A stretch of 64,000 nucleotides of DNA from Chloroflexota bacterium (GCA_024224815.1 JAAENC010000726.1:3774-67773); one strand, 5' to 3'. Counted from the stretch's first letter, positions 15,732 through 24,444 are shown. Notes: generated by a model from the letters alone, not told the origin. Numbers and translations are program-made.

Positions 15732-16049
15732 ATGAACGAAGAACCTTATCAACAACAAGTACCACCCTCTGCGCCAACCAATACAATGGCCTTAACCAGC
15801 ATGATCGCTGGCATTGTCGGCTGGACAGTTGCGCCTTTGCTTGGTTCGCTTGTCGCGATCATTACAGGCCATATGGCAAAAAAAGAACTTAAAGAACGCA
15901 TGGGCAGAGAAAGCGGAGACGGAATGGCTACCGCAGGCCTTGTAATGGGCTATTTGCAAATTATCCCATCTGTTCTGTGTATTTGTGTGATCCTTGTCAT
16001 GCTCGCAATGGGCATGAGCGTTCCTATTCTTGATTCACTAATATCTTAA
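15732..16049 (+). CDS. DUF4190-like small membrane protein
   Basis: 105 aa. ALTSMIAGIVGW...AIITGHMAKKEL plus a second TM is the typical DUF4190 layout. RBS aaggag upstream. Confidence 0.6.
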   Translation: MNEEPYQQQVPPSAPTNTMALTSMIAGIVGWTVAPLLGSLVAIITGHMAKKELKERMGRESGDGMATAGLVMGYLQIIPSVLCICVILVMLAMGMSVPILDSLIS

Positions 16050-16061
16050 AAGGAGACTTTT

Positions 16062-16223
16062 ATGAATGATAATCTTGTTCCCCCTGTTGAAGAAAAGAAA
16101 AAGCCCAACACGATGCTTATTGTTGGCATTGTTCTCATTGTGCTGTGTTGCTGTCTCGTCGTTGTTGGCGGCGGCGGTTATTGGCTCTGGGAAAATGGCG
16201 ATGCCCTTTTAGGGCTTGGTTAA
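16062..16223 (+). CDS. Unlisted 53-aa single-pass membrane peptide
   Basis: ATG at 16062 is preceded by AAGGAG at optimal spacing. Hand translation: MNDNLVPPVEEKKKPNTMLIVGIVLIVLCCCLVVVGGGGYWLWENGDALLGLG, stop at 16221-16223. It is followed directly by a terminator and is below the 60-aa track cut-off. Confidence 0.6.
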   Translation: MNDNLVPPVEEKKKPNTMLIVGIVLIVLCCCLVVVGGGGYWLWENGDALLGLG

Positions 16224-16228
16224 AAAGA

Positions 16229-16257
16229 AAAAGGCTTCCTGCGGGAAGCCTTTTTGC
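16229..16257 (+). terminator. Intrinsic terminator
   Basis: AAGGCTTCC-TGCG-GGAAGCCTT followed by TTTTT. Confidence 0.75.
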
Positions 16258-16281
16258 TTAACAAATACATCGGAGAAAATC

Positions 16282-16575
16282 ATGAGCGAATCTACACCCC
16301 AGAAAGAAACACAGCCAAAATATAGTACTCTGGCTATCGTTAGCCTTGCCGCTGGGATATTTGGCTATATTCTTCCTATCATCGGCTTCATTATCGCGCT
16401 TATGACAGGGCGCAAAGCCCAAAAAGAGATTCGTGAAAGCGAAGGAAAACTTCAGGGGGAGAAACTCGCTAAAGCAGGCATTATATTAGCCTATATTCAG
16501 CTTTTTCTCCCGATTGTGGCTTATCTCGCTTTTATCCTTTTTTACCTGATTATGGGCTGGTCTCTTGCGGCTTAG
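16282..16575 (+). CDS. DUF4190-like small membrane protein (paralogue of 15732-16049)
   Basis: An internal ATG at 16282 gives MSESTPQKE...LAIVSLAAGIFGY...LMTGRKAQKEIRESEG. The longer track ORF would span the terminator. Confidence 0.6.
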   Translation: MSESTPQKETQPKYSTLAIVSLAAGIFGYILPIIGFIIALMTGRKAQKEIRESEGKLQGEKLAKAGIILAYIQLFLPIVAYLAFILFYLIMGWSLAA

Positions 16576-16578
16576 CCT

Positions 16579-17307
16579 TTATTTGTTTTTCTGATCTTCA
16601 TTTCCAAGCCCCAAAAAATCTGAAACCCATGCCGAAGCCGGGTTTGCGTAAACCTCTTCGGGCGTGCCGCGTTGAACGATCACGCCTTCGTTCAGGAGCA
16701 TCACGCGGTGCGCTAGCGCAAAAGCTTCGCTCTGATCGTGCGTCACGTAAAGAGCGGGGATACCGCTCTCTTCCAGGATTTTTTTGATCTCAACCAGCAA
16801 ATATTCTCGCAAACGGCGATCCAATGCCCCAAGCGGCTCGTCAAACATTAATAATCGGGGGCGCGGCGCCAAAGCTCTAGCCAGTGCGACTCGTTGCTGC
16901 TCTCCCCCCGAAAGATCAGTTACGCTGCGTTTGGCAAAGTCTTGCAAATCAACTTGCTTTAAGGCTTTGTCCACTCTCGAACGGATTTCTTCTTTCCCCA
17001 TCTTCTGCATCTTCAACCCAAAGGCGACATTATCAAAAACTGTCAAATGGGGGAACAAAGCGTAATCCTGAAAGATCAAGCCAAAATTACGTTCGTGTGG
17101 CGGGGTAGATTCAAGATTTTCGCCGCCCCAAAGCACATCGCCAGATTCAGCTTCTTCCAGCCCGGAGATAATCCGCAGTAGAGTCGATTTGCCGCTGCCG
17201 GAGGGGCCGAGCAAGCAGATGGTCTCGCCCTCTGCCAGTTCCAGAGAGATGCCTTTTAGCAGGGGCGTCCCTTCGTATGTTTTGTGGATATTTTTGAGCT
17301 TTAACAT
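16579..17307 (-). CDS. thiQ: ABC transporter ATP-binding protein, probable thiamine importer ATPase
   Basis: [30 protein letters not shown]. It is the last gene of the riboswitch-headed thiB-thiP string on the same strand. Confidence 0.6.
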   Translation of the reverse strand: MLKLKNIHKTYEGTPLLKGISLELAEGETICLLGPSGSGKSTLLRIISGLEEAESGDVLWGGENLESTPPHERNFGLIFQDYALFPHLTVFDNVAFGLKMQKMGKEEIRSRVDKALKQVDLQDFAKRSVTDLSGGEQQRVALARALAPRPRLLMFDEPLGALDRRLREYLLVEIKKILEESGIPALYVTHDQSEAFALAHRVMLLNEGVIVQRGTPEEVYANPASAWVSDFLGLGNEDQKNK

Positions 17308-17311
17308 ATAG

Positions 17312-18310
17312 TCAATCGATTAGCAGGTCTTGTGTTTTCTGTCGAATACCTGTCTCTCCATCTGTGCGATTAGAGAGGACAGATATGGTCAAGGATGATT
17401 TTGGGTAATGATGAGATGTAAAACCGACACCGGCGTCGCTGCCAATGACCAAGTAGCAACTATTGTCTAGATATTTGTAGATGCCGCAACCATAGCCAAC
17501 GACTTCATCAAAATGATGCTGGGTTTCAAGAAAATTTTCAGTAAGCTCTTTTTTCAAGATGTCAAAAGACATATAGCTTGACCAAAAGGCTTGCATATCG
17601 AGGGCGGTTGTATACATACCACCATCACCAGCACCGCGAATGGGCAGGTTGAAAATATTGGTCTTTTGGCTATCTTTTTGATAGCCATTTGCCGTATTTG
17701 CGGGGAGTTCATTGGTCGCAAAAAAACCGGAGTTGAGCATGCCTGCGGGTTTCAGCACTTCATCGTAAATGAAATCTCGATAATGCATTTTGGTGATAAG
17801 CTCGATGAGTATCCCCAGAAAGACAAAGCCGCCGTTTGAGTAGGAAAATCTGGCATTTGGCGCGAATTTCATTTTTTGGTCGGTGAATAGCGGCAGATAA
17901 TCGAGCGGGGTATGCAGGTTGTACCAAGGGATATCAACGTAGAAATTGTCGAAATCTTCAATGACTTCTTCATCGTAATAATCGAATATGCCAGATGTGT
18001 GCGTGAGCAAATTCAATATGGTTGCATCAGGGTCAATAAACGAGCAAAACGAAGCATCTATTTCAGAGACTTTAGTATCTAATGCTAATTCGCCTTGACC
18101 AATTAAGGCCCCAATCCCCAGCGCCGTAAATAATTTAGTGCCTGAGGCAATCCCAAATTTTGTGTCGATCTGATTTTGGGTTTTGTTGGGCATATCTCGG
18201 TAGCCAAATGCTTTTTGATAGAGAATTTCAACACCTTCTGTAACAGAAACAACACCGGAAAGTTCTCGGTCTTTGAGATAGGTGTCTAGTTTTTTGCTTG
18301 AGAGTTTCAT
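17312..18310 (-). CDS. Serine hydrolase, beta-lactamase/PBP4*-like family
   Basis: 332 aa. FGIASGTKLF carries the S-x-x-K active-site motif. Its stop is 4 nt from the ATPase start. Confidence 0.7.
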   Translation of the reverse strand: MKLSSKKLDTYLKDRELSGVVSVTEGVEILYQKAFGYRDMPNKTQNQIDTKFGIASGTKLFTALGIGALIGQGELALDTKVSEIDASFCSFIDPDATILNLLTHTSGIFDYYDEEVIEDFDNFYVDIPWYNLHTPLDYLPLFTDQKMKFAPNARFSYSNGGFVFLGILIELITKMHYRDFIYDEVLKPAGMLNSGFFATNELPANTANGYQKDSQKTNIFNLPIRGAGDGGMYTTALDMQAFWSSYMSFDILKKELTENFLETQHHFDEVVGYGCGIYKYLDNSCYLVIGSDAGVGFTSHHYPKSSLTISVLSNRTDGETGIRQKTQDLLID

Positions 18311-18471
18311 TTATGTCCTTTTGAAAGGAAAAGAGACTTCGAGAGGAAGTTCCTTTTAAGTTAGCTGCCATTTTTGCAAACACAACTCACTTGCGCCTTG
18401 AAAAAAACTGAGCAAAATCACGCCGCATCCCCACGGTGTTTAGCACGGGGTTGGGATGCGTTTAGAATATG

Positions 18472-18675
18472 TTATTCGCTTTCAGAACTGTTTAAACTTT
18501 GCGCTACTATGGTGAGAACCCCCGTAACAACCGTTCCAGCAACAGCCAGTACACCTTTTTTTACTTTTGCATATTGATTCGCAAGATGGTAAGGGCAATA
18601 TTCTTGCCCTTTATCTACTTTAGTGGGGCAGGGCTTTCCATCTGGGAGTTCAGCTTTGCAAAGTTTCATAATCAT
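18472..18675 (-). CDS. Small Cys/His zinc-ribbon-like protein with C-terminal TM anchor
   Basis: 67 aa. LCKAELPDGKPCPTKVDKGQEYCPYH (C-x9-C...C-x2-H), then the hydrophobic stretch GVLAVAGTVVTGVLTIVA. Its start overlaps the stop of the upstream ORF (18672-18675). Confidence 0.55.
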   Translation of the reverse strand: MIMKLCKAELPDGKPCPTKVDKGQEYCPYHLANQYAKVKKGVLAVAGTVVTGVLTIVAQSLNSSESE

Positions 18676-19655
18676 ACTCCTTCGGGAGGTGCAATCTCTT
18701 TGGATTGGAATTCTACGACAATAGTTTTTTGCGGGACTTCGTCCAAGTCTTGTATGCTTGGCAGAACACCCTGAGAAATAGCTGTAAGGCTTTCATGCAA
18801 ATTACTCTCAGGTAAAAGCCAACGCACAATTTCTCTTGTTTTATCTTGAAAAACTTCAACGTCACTTTCTACTTGTTTAAGCGAAACCCGCAAAGAATCG
18901 GGTTCATTCAAGTCAGAATAAGCCATTACAAGATAACGCGATGCTTCAATTATGGAACGAGTCGCTTTCACCACAAATTCGGCTTTTGACTGAACATATT
19001 CAGGAATGTCCAAATGTCGACTAAACAGCATCCCTAATTTGCCTCGCGGCAACTTATCTATGAAACTGAAGTCAGTAGACTTTATCAACTTATTGCGCCC
19101 GCTATTTAACTTTTGGACCGCGCCAACCATCAATTCGCGTCTTACATCGGGATTAGAAGCGACCACGGCTTGCTCGTAATCGTGAATACCGCTTTCGACC
19201 TCAGCAAGACGGTCATTAAATTGTCCCTGCAAAACGTAGGTGATTTTTTCATCAATGACTTCAAGGCGGCGGACAACATCAGCTAAGGTTTGCTGTGTTG
19301 CTAATTCGCTTAGTGACCCCATCAGATCAGGCGTGATTTCCTTCAAGTCAACACGACCAGCCATACGCCCTGTTTTAACGTCCCGAATATGTGCACTAAA
19401 AAGACCATCACCTTTATTATCTAATCTAGCTGAACCATCTTTTATTCGCTTCAAAACTTCTGGAGGAAAATGTGCTTGGTAGACCTTTCCTTCAGATAAC
19501 TTTTTCGCTACATCTAAGATAGCAGGCACTTTACGTAGTATCTGGATTAGCTTTTGGCGTTTTTCTTCGTCAAAAACTATCGCATCTGTCAGTAAAGTTG
19601 TACGCGAAGCAACTTCACCATTTGGCTGGATAATTAAGTTGTCTTTATTGGGCAT
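18672..19655 (-). CDS. Hypothetical protein, mostly helical, no recognisable family
   Basis: 327-aa ORF with ATG at 19655. I could identify no motifs. Translationally coupled to the 67-aa ORF. Confidence 0.6.
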   Translation of the reverse strand: MPNKDNLIIQPNGEVASRTTLLTDAIVFDEEKRQKLIQILRKVPAILDVAKKLSEGKVYQAHFPPEVLKRIKDGSARLDNKGDGLFSAHIRDVKTGRMAGRVDLKEITPDLMGSLSELATQQTLADVVRRLEVIDEKITYVLQGQFNDRLAEVESGIHDYEQAVVASNPDVRRELMVGAVQKLNSGRNKLIKSTDFSFIDKLPRGKLGMLFSRHLDIPEYVQSKAEFVVKATRSIIEASRYLVMAYSDLNEPDSLRVSLKQVESDVEVFQDKTREIVRWLLPESNLHESLTAISQGVLPSIQDLDEVPQKTIVVEFQSKEIAPPEGV

Positions 19656-19743
19656 TGGAGTTTATAGACCTTTTATAAATGGAGCTACCTAACATTTATG
19701 CGAAATATTCTGTATATCCACCCCGATGAGTGGCAATAAGTAA

Positions 19744-19772
19744 AATATAGCAGTTTATTAACTTATCTACAA
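19744..19772 (-). promoter_or_regulatory. Possible sigma-70-type promoter for the 327-aa/67-aa pair
   Basis: On the minus strand, TTGTAG (19772-19767), a 17-nt spacer, then TATATT (19749-19744), in the 117-bp AT-rich gap after the permease stop. Confidence 0.3.
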
Positions 19773-21542
19773 CTACCACTCCGCATTGGATAATCTCATC
19801 TTTTCGATCACGAAAATGCCTATTGTTGTTAAGGCCATCAATATCGTTGCCATCGCCATTGCCTGACCGTAATTTAGGCCGCCGGGCTGGGACAAGAATC
19901 TGTATATCGCGGTTGGGATGGTTGGATATTCAGGGCGAGCTAAGAGAGATGTAGCGCCGAATTCGCCAAGAGAAACGGTAAAGGCAAAAGTCGCAGCGGC
20001 GAGGCTGGCGCGGAAGATGATGGGGAAATCTATTTCTATCCACACTCTGAATGGGGATGCGCCGAGCATGGCGGCGGCTTCTCTGTATCGTTGGGGAATG
20101 GAGGTTAAAGCCGGTTGTAAGGAACGGATCACGAAAGGCAAAGCGATCATTGTATGGGCGAGGGGAACGAGAAAGGGAGAGGATATCCAGTTTAGGGGCG
20201 GGCGGCTAAAAGCGATGATGAATCCCAAGCCGAGGGTTACGGCAGATGCGCCGAGGGGCAGCATCAAGATCGGGTCAAGAGCGCGGTCGATGCGTGTCGG
20301 TTTAGATAATGCTGAGGCGACGGGAAATCCCAATAAAAGAGAGAGCGCGACAGTAATCCCCGCATATTGGAGGGAATTTTGCGCCGCCTGAATAGGGGGA
20401 ACGTAGAAACGCGATCCGCGCCTGTTTATAAATAATTCCTCGTAATAATCGGTTGTAAGGCTGGTCTGGACACTTGCTCTTTCGCCGCGATTCGCTTCGA
20501 GCTGGCTGACAGAGCGCAGGGGCAGAGCGAGCATGGGAAGAACGAAGAGGGAGAAGAGAATACTGATCAGAGAATAGGTGAACGCGCGTTCGCGGAGGCT
20601 TTTTGGGCGGCGAGTAGGCGCGAGGGCTTCGCGCTGATTTTGGGTATTGGTTTTGGCGAGGGCTTTGCTGTAGAGAATGGAAAAAGCGAGCGTGCAGAGT
20701 AGTTGAATGAGCGAGAGCAGCGCGGCAACAGGCAAATTGAGCATTGACATTGTTTGGACAAAAATTTCCACTTCGATGGTGGCAAATTCGGGACCGCCAA
20801 GCAAGAGAATCACGCCAAAACTGGTGAAATCGAAGAGAAAAACGAGCAAAGCCGCCGCAAAAATGGATGGGCGCAAAAGGGGCATGGTCACGCGCCAAAA
20901 AGCGCGCCACGGGGTTGCGCCGAGCAAACGACCGGCTTCATTTAAGCGTGGGTCGAGCCGAGAAATAGCATTCCCCACTACGCGGATGACGATGGTTGTA
21001 TTATAAAAAACGTGAGCGAGCAAAATTGCGCCGAGCGTATATAAAACCTTGATGGGCGGACTCTCCAGCCCGAAAAAATCCAGCAGCGTCAGGTTTAGCC
21101 AGCCGCGCGCTCCGAGCAGGGCGTTAAATCCTGCCGCGACGACGACGGTGGGGAGCATAAAGGGAATCGCCGTGAGTGCGCGCAAAAGCGATTTGCCGCG
21201 AAAATCAAAACGCGCAAAAAGATAGGCTGCGGGCAAACCGACAAAAAGCGTTAATAACATAGAGAGTAGGGCTTGCCAAAGGGTGAAGCCCAAACTATCT
21301 ATGGCTATTTTTAAAGATTCCGGTGAGAGAAAATCAGGGGAATCTACCCCCAGCGCCAAGATTTTGACGAGGGGGTAGAAGAAGAATAATCCGAGGAAGA
21401 GAAGGGCAGGAGCCCAGTTTTTGAGAGAACCGCCAAGACGCCAAGTACGCCAAGATTTTAAACTTTTTTTCTTAGCGTTTTTAGAAAAAAGCTCTGCGCT
21501 CTCTGCGTCCCTGTGCCCCGCAGGGGTATGGCGGTTAGGCAT
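19773..21542 (-). CDS. thiP: ABC transporter permease with two MetI-like domains (thiamine/iron-type)
   Basis: ~590 aa, 12 TM, two EAA-type loops. I prefer the ATG at 21542 (TAATG overlap with the thiB stop) over the track start at 21578. The N-terminal ~40 aa are encoded by a CTTGGCG x3 micro-repeat (21430-21454). Confidence 0.7.
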   Translation of the reverse strand: MPNRHTPAGHRDAESAELFSKNAKKKSLKSWRTWRLGGSLKNWAPALLFLGLFFFYPLVKILALGVDSPDFLSPESLKIAIDSLGFTLWQALLSMLLTLFVGLPAAYLFARFDFRGKSLLRALTAIPFMLPTVVVAAGFNALLGARGWLNLTLLDFFGLESPPIKVLYTLGAILLAHVFYNTTIVIRVVGNAISRLDPRLNEAGRLLGATPWRAFWRVTMPLLRPSIFAAALLVFLFDFTSFGVILLLGGPEFATIEVEIFVQTMSMLNLPVAALLSLIQLLCTLAFSILYSKALAKTNTQNQREALAPTRRPKSLRERAFTYSLISILFSLFVLPMLALPLRSVSQLEANRGERASVQTSLTTDYYEELFINRRGSRFYVPPIQAAQNSLQYAGITVALSLLLGFPVASALSKPTRIDRALDPILMLPLGASAVTLGLGFIIAFSRPPLNWISSPFLVPLAHTMIALPFVIRSLQPALTSIPQRYREAAAMLGASPFRVWIEIDFPIIFRASLAAATFAFTVSLGEFGATSLLARPEYPTIPTAIYRFLSQPGGLNYGQAMAMATILMALTTIGIFVIEKMRLSNAEW

Positions 21543-22588
21543 TACTTCAGAACCGTTTCTGTCCAATCTTGAATCCATTGCTCGCGCATTTCGGCGATAA
21601 GCGCGGGATCAAGGCTGGCGGGGTTTTCAGGTCCTTCGGCGTAAGCAACGAACTCATCAGGAAGTTGGGCAGAAGGCAAAACGGGATAAACGAACATCTG
21701 CATCGGCAAATCTTCTTGAAATTCTGTAGAAAGCATGAAGTCTACAAAAGATTCTGCTAGGGCGCGCTTTTCTGTTCCTGCGAGAATACCGACAAATTCA
21801 ATCTGACGGTAGCAAGTTTCTGGGCCAAGAATGGAGGCGGTAGGCGCATCATCCAATTCTGTTTCAGCAAAGATCACTTCGGCGGCGGGGCTGCTCCCGT
21901 AAGAAACAACCATTGGCTGAGGGCCACGCCCTGAAGAAGCAGAGAAATTCGTATAATAGGCCGTTTCCCAGCCATCGGCTACAGCTACGCCGTTATCGCG
22001 CAAACCAAGCCAAAAGTTAAGATAACCATCTTCGCCAAAGTGAGCGATGGTCGCCATCAAAAAAGCCAATCCGGGAGAAGACGTGGCGGGATTTTCGACC
22101 ACTAACAACTCTTTATATTCATCTTTGAGCAAATCTTCGAGGCTGGCGGGGACAGCCAATCCTTTTTCTGCGAAATAGGCTTTATCGTAATTAATACAGA
22201 CATCGCCAAAATCAACGGGATTAGCACGGTTTTCAGTATCCAACTTAAATTCGGCAGGGATTTCAGCCAAAGCGGGTGCATCGTATGCTTCAAAAATCTC
22301 GGCATCGAGGGCGCGAGAAAGAAAAGTATTGTCCACGCCAAAAAGCAAGTCGGCGAGGGGCGCATCTTTGGTCAAGATCGCTTTGTTGAGCGCAGAGCCG
22401 GAGTCACCGCTGGCGAGAAAAACCACTTTTGCGTTGTGGCTTTCTTCGAAGGCGACCACCACTTCTTCGCTGATGGCGAAAGAGTCGTGGGTCATCACGG
22501 TTAAGGTGATAGCTTCACTCTCAGCGGGGGCAGATGGGGCGCAGGCCGCGAGGGCGAAAATAAAGACCAATAATACAAGTTTTTTCAT
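21542..22588 (-). CDS. thiB: Thiamine ABC transporter substrate-binding lipoprotein
   Basis: Lipobox FALAAC. Type-II SBP of the thiamine/Fe3+/polyamine class. The thiamine assignment rests on the TPP riboswitch and the adjacent thiamine pyrophosphokinase gene. Confidence 0.65.
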   Translation of the reverse strand: MKKLVLLVFIFALAACAPSAPAESEAITLTVMTHDSFAISEEVVVAFEESHNAKVVFLASGDSGSALNKAILTKDAPLADLLFGVDNTFLSRALDAEIFEAYDAPALAEIPAEFKLDTENRANPVDFGDVCINYDKAYFAEKGLAVPASLEDLLKDEYKELLVVENPATSSPGLAFLMATIAHFGEDGYLNFWLGLRDNGVAVADGWETAYYTNFSASSGRGPQPMVVSYGSSPAAEVIFAETELDDAPTASILGPETCYRQIEFVGILAGTEKRALAESFVDFMLSTEFQEDLPMQMFVYPVLPSAQLPDEFVAYAEGPENPASLDPALIAEMREQWIQDWTETVLK

Positions 22589-22601
22589 TTTTTTCCTTTG
22601 T

Positions 22602-23243
22602 CTACTTTCTAGTATGAATAATCAACAAAAGCCCATTTTCAATCTCAATTTGGGCTCCTTCGGCGGTCATTTCATTGCTGATTCCGCGTGTTTGGTGAGC
22701 GTAAAGCCTTTCCTTTTGGAGAGACCAACGCAAGCCTTCAGTACGAGCAATCTGAACATCATTACCCCACGGAATTAAGGAAATGATTTCCCCGATCCGC
22801 CCGTGGATTTGGGCATGCTTCCGCGCAAAAAACACTTCATCAACCCTATCATCTGCGCGCACGTCCAACTCCGCGAGAGATTCCTTTGTCAGTAGAGATA
22901 AATTGCCGAGCGTGTGGTCAAGCCTCCCGCCCAAAGCGGCAACAAGACGAATCTTTTTGTAGCCTGCATTTACAGCATAATTAAGCGCAAGTTCCAGATC
23001 GGTTTCATCTTTATCTTTGGGGTATTTGATAATCTCAACCTGATTCTCTTCGAGGACGCGCCGATTAACGGCATCAAGTGAATCGAGATCACCGATGACG
23101 ACAGACGGTATCAAGCCCAAAGCAAGCGCGTGCCGCGTCCCGCCATCTGCAGCGATGATGAGATCATCGTCACGAATTAGTTCGCGGACGGCATCCAGAT
23201 TGGGTAAATCTCCGTTTATAAAGATAATGGCTCTATTAGACAT
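22602..23243 (-). CDS. Thiamine pyrophosphokinase
   Basis: 213 aa. IIFINGD...IAADGG...VIGDLDS...KDETDLELAL are canonical TPK motifs. Confidence 0.8.
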   Translation of the reverse strand: MSNRAIIFINGDLPNLDAVRELIRDDDLIIAADGGTRHALALGLIPSVVIGDLDSLDAVNRRVLEENQVEIIKYPKDKDETDLELALNYAVNAGYKKIRLVAALGGRLDHTLGNLSLLTKESLAELDVRADDRVDEVFFARKHAQIHGRIGEIISLIPWGNDVQIARTEGLRWSLQKERLYAHQTRGISNEMTAEGAQIEIENGLLLIIHTRK

Positions 23244-23250
23244 AGTATTA

Positions 23251-23283
23251 AGACCTGACAGGTTTTTAAAACCTGTCAGGTCT
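23251..23283. repeat. 14-bp-stem hairpin AGACCTGACAGGTT/AACCTGTCAGGTCT (same arms as 57657-57690)
   Basis: Perfect inverted repeat with a 5-nt loop, between the riboswitch terminator and the TPK start codon. The CCTGACAGGT core recurs at 57660. Confidence 0.7.
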
Positions 23284-23285
23284 TT

Positions 23286-23323
23286 TTAAAGGAAAACATC
23301 CTCGCCATGGGGAGGATGTTTTT
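23286..23323 (-). terminator. Probable riboswitch expression-platform terminator
   Basis: Minus-strand RNA AAAACAUCCUCCCCAUGGCGAGGAUGUUUUCCUUU: an 8-11 bp stem followed by a U-rich tract, immediately 3' of the THI-box aptamer. Confidence 0.6.
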
Positions 23324-23336
23324 AGTAAAGGCAAAT

Positions 23337-23437
23337 TCCCTCCGCTGGCATTATCCAGATCAGGTTATGCGGGTCGAGCGGTTACGCTCCTCTCAGCCAT
23401 TGTCGCATCACAAAGCGGATGCTTACAAGGCTCCCCG
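23337..23437 (-). promoter_or_regulatory. TPP (THI-box) riboswitch
   Basis: The reverse complement reads CGGGGAGCC...GGCUGAGAGGAGCG...ACCCGCAUAACCUGAUCUGGAUAAUGCCAGCGGAGGGA. It contains the invariant CUGAGA and ACCUGAUCUGGAUAAUGCCAGCG elements. Confidence 0.9.
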
Positions 23438-23511
23438 TTCAAATGTGTAGTCAATTTACCTTATTGGGTAATCCTTGTCAAATCTAATAAAAGTTAAAGT
23501 ATAATGTTGCC

Positions 23512-24432
23512 ATGCTCAAAATTCTGGTTGTTGATGATGAACATGTAGCCCGCCGCGTGGTTGAAAAAACCCTAACGCGTTTGGGGCATACTGTCGTTTT
23601 GGCAGAAAGCGGAGAAGCCGCCTGGAAAAAAATTCAGGAAGAACCTTTTCGCTTTGTCATCACAGATTGGAATATGCCCATTATGGACGGCGTTCAGCTG
23701 ATCAAGAAAATTCGCTCAACAACATTGCCCAGTTACGTTTATGCAATTTTAGTCACATCAAATAGCAAGGACGAGGATATCGTAGAGGGGCTTTACGCCG
23801 GTGCAGATGATTACCTGACAAAACCCTTTAACCCCGCCGAACTAGAAGCACGCGTAGCCGTTGGCGAACGAATGCTCGCTCTCGAAGATAGCCTAACGAT
23901 GGCGAATAATCAGCTTGAAAAACTGGCTATGGTAGATAGCCTTACAGGGATATTAAACCGACGCGCTATCTATAAATTTGCACGGGGTGAGTTAGAACGC
24001 GCACGTCGTGTTTCTGAGCCAATTAGCGTGATCTTTTTAGATATAGATAAATTTAAAAATATTAATGACCGGCACGGCCATCTCAGAGGAGACGAATCAC
24101 TCAAGCTTATTGCTCAAGTCATTAAAGAACGCAGCAGAGCCTACGATGGCATTGGCCGCTGGGCCGGTGACGAATTTTTAGTCGTTTTGCCCGGCACCAC
24201 AGCAGAAAATGCGGAAAATGCCGCAAAACGAATAGTTGAAGGCATTAATCACATTGAGCTTAGCCTCCCCGATGGAGGCTCATTTGCCCTTTCTGCAAGT
24301 GCCGGTGTTGCAACCCAGCTTCGGGTAACAGGCTCAGCCGCTCTGCTAGACGATCTTATTCAGGCAGCCGACGAGTCCCTATATAGAGCCAAAGAAAAAG
24401 GCGGGAACCATGTTGAATGCACTTCACTCTAA
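23512..24432 (+). CDS. Response regulator receiver - GGDEF diguanylate cyclase (A-site AGDEF)
   Basis: REC domain with VITDWNMP phospho-acceptor Asp. GGDEF domain with RAYD (I-site RxxD) five residues before AGDEF. Confidence 0.85.
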   Translation: MLKILVVDDEHVARRVVEKTLTRLGHTVVLAESGEAAWKKIQEEPFRFVITDWNMPIMDGVQLIKKIRSTTLPSYVYAILVTSNSKDEDIVEGLYAGADDYLTKPFNPAELEARVAVGERMLALEDSLTMANNQLEKLAMVDSLTGILNRRAIYKFARGELERARRVSEPISVIFLDIDKFKNINDRHGHLRGDESLKLIAQVIKERSRAYDGIGRWAGDEFLVVLPGTTAENAENAAKRIVEGINHIELSLPDGGSFALSASAGVATQLRVTGSAALLDDLIQAADESLYRAKEKGGNHVECTSL

Positions 24433-24444
24433 AAGGAAGAAAAA

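Noticed and set aside
19918-20910. A 157-aa plus-strand ORF and a 202-aa alternative-frame minus-strand ORF within the permease gene.
   Set aside because: They overlap the clearly recognisable two-domain ABC permease frame. Their Arg/Ser/Pro-rich translations have no motifs.
21543-21578. Longer N-terminal extensions offered by the ORF track. Examples are thiP from 21578, LuxR-STAND from 52632, uvrA from 52713, TetR from 61647, GNAT from 61705, and the membrane gene from 57749.
   Set aside because: Several of these start at TTG or GTG, and several run through terminators, promoters or repeat elements. Downstream ATGs with an RBS or stop-start coupling give N-termini that match family expectations.
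23251-23288. A hairpin plus T-run read as a plus-strand intrinsic terminator.
   Set aside because: No plus-strand gene ends upstream of it. It lies in the minus-strand leader of the thiamine operon and its arms belong to a repeated hairpin, so it is listed as a repeat instead.
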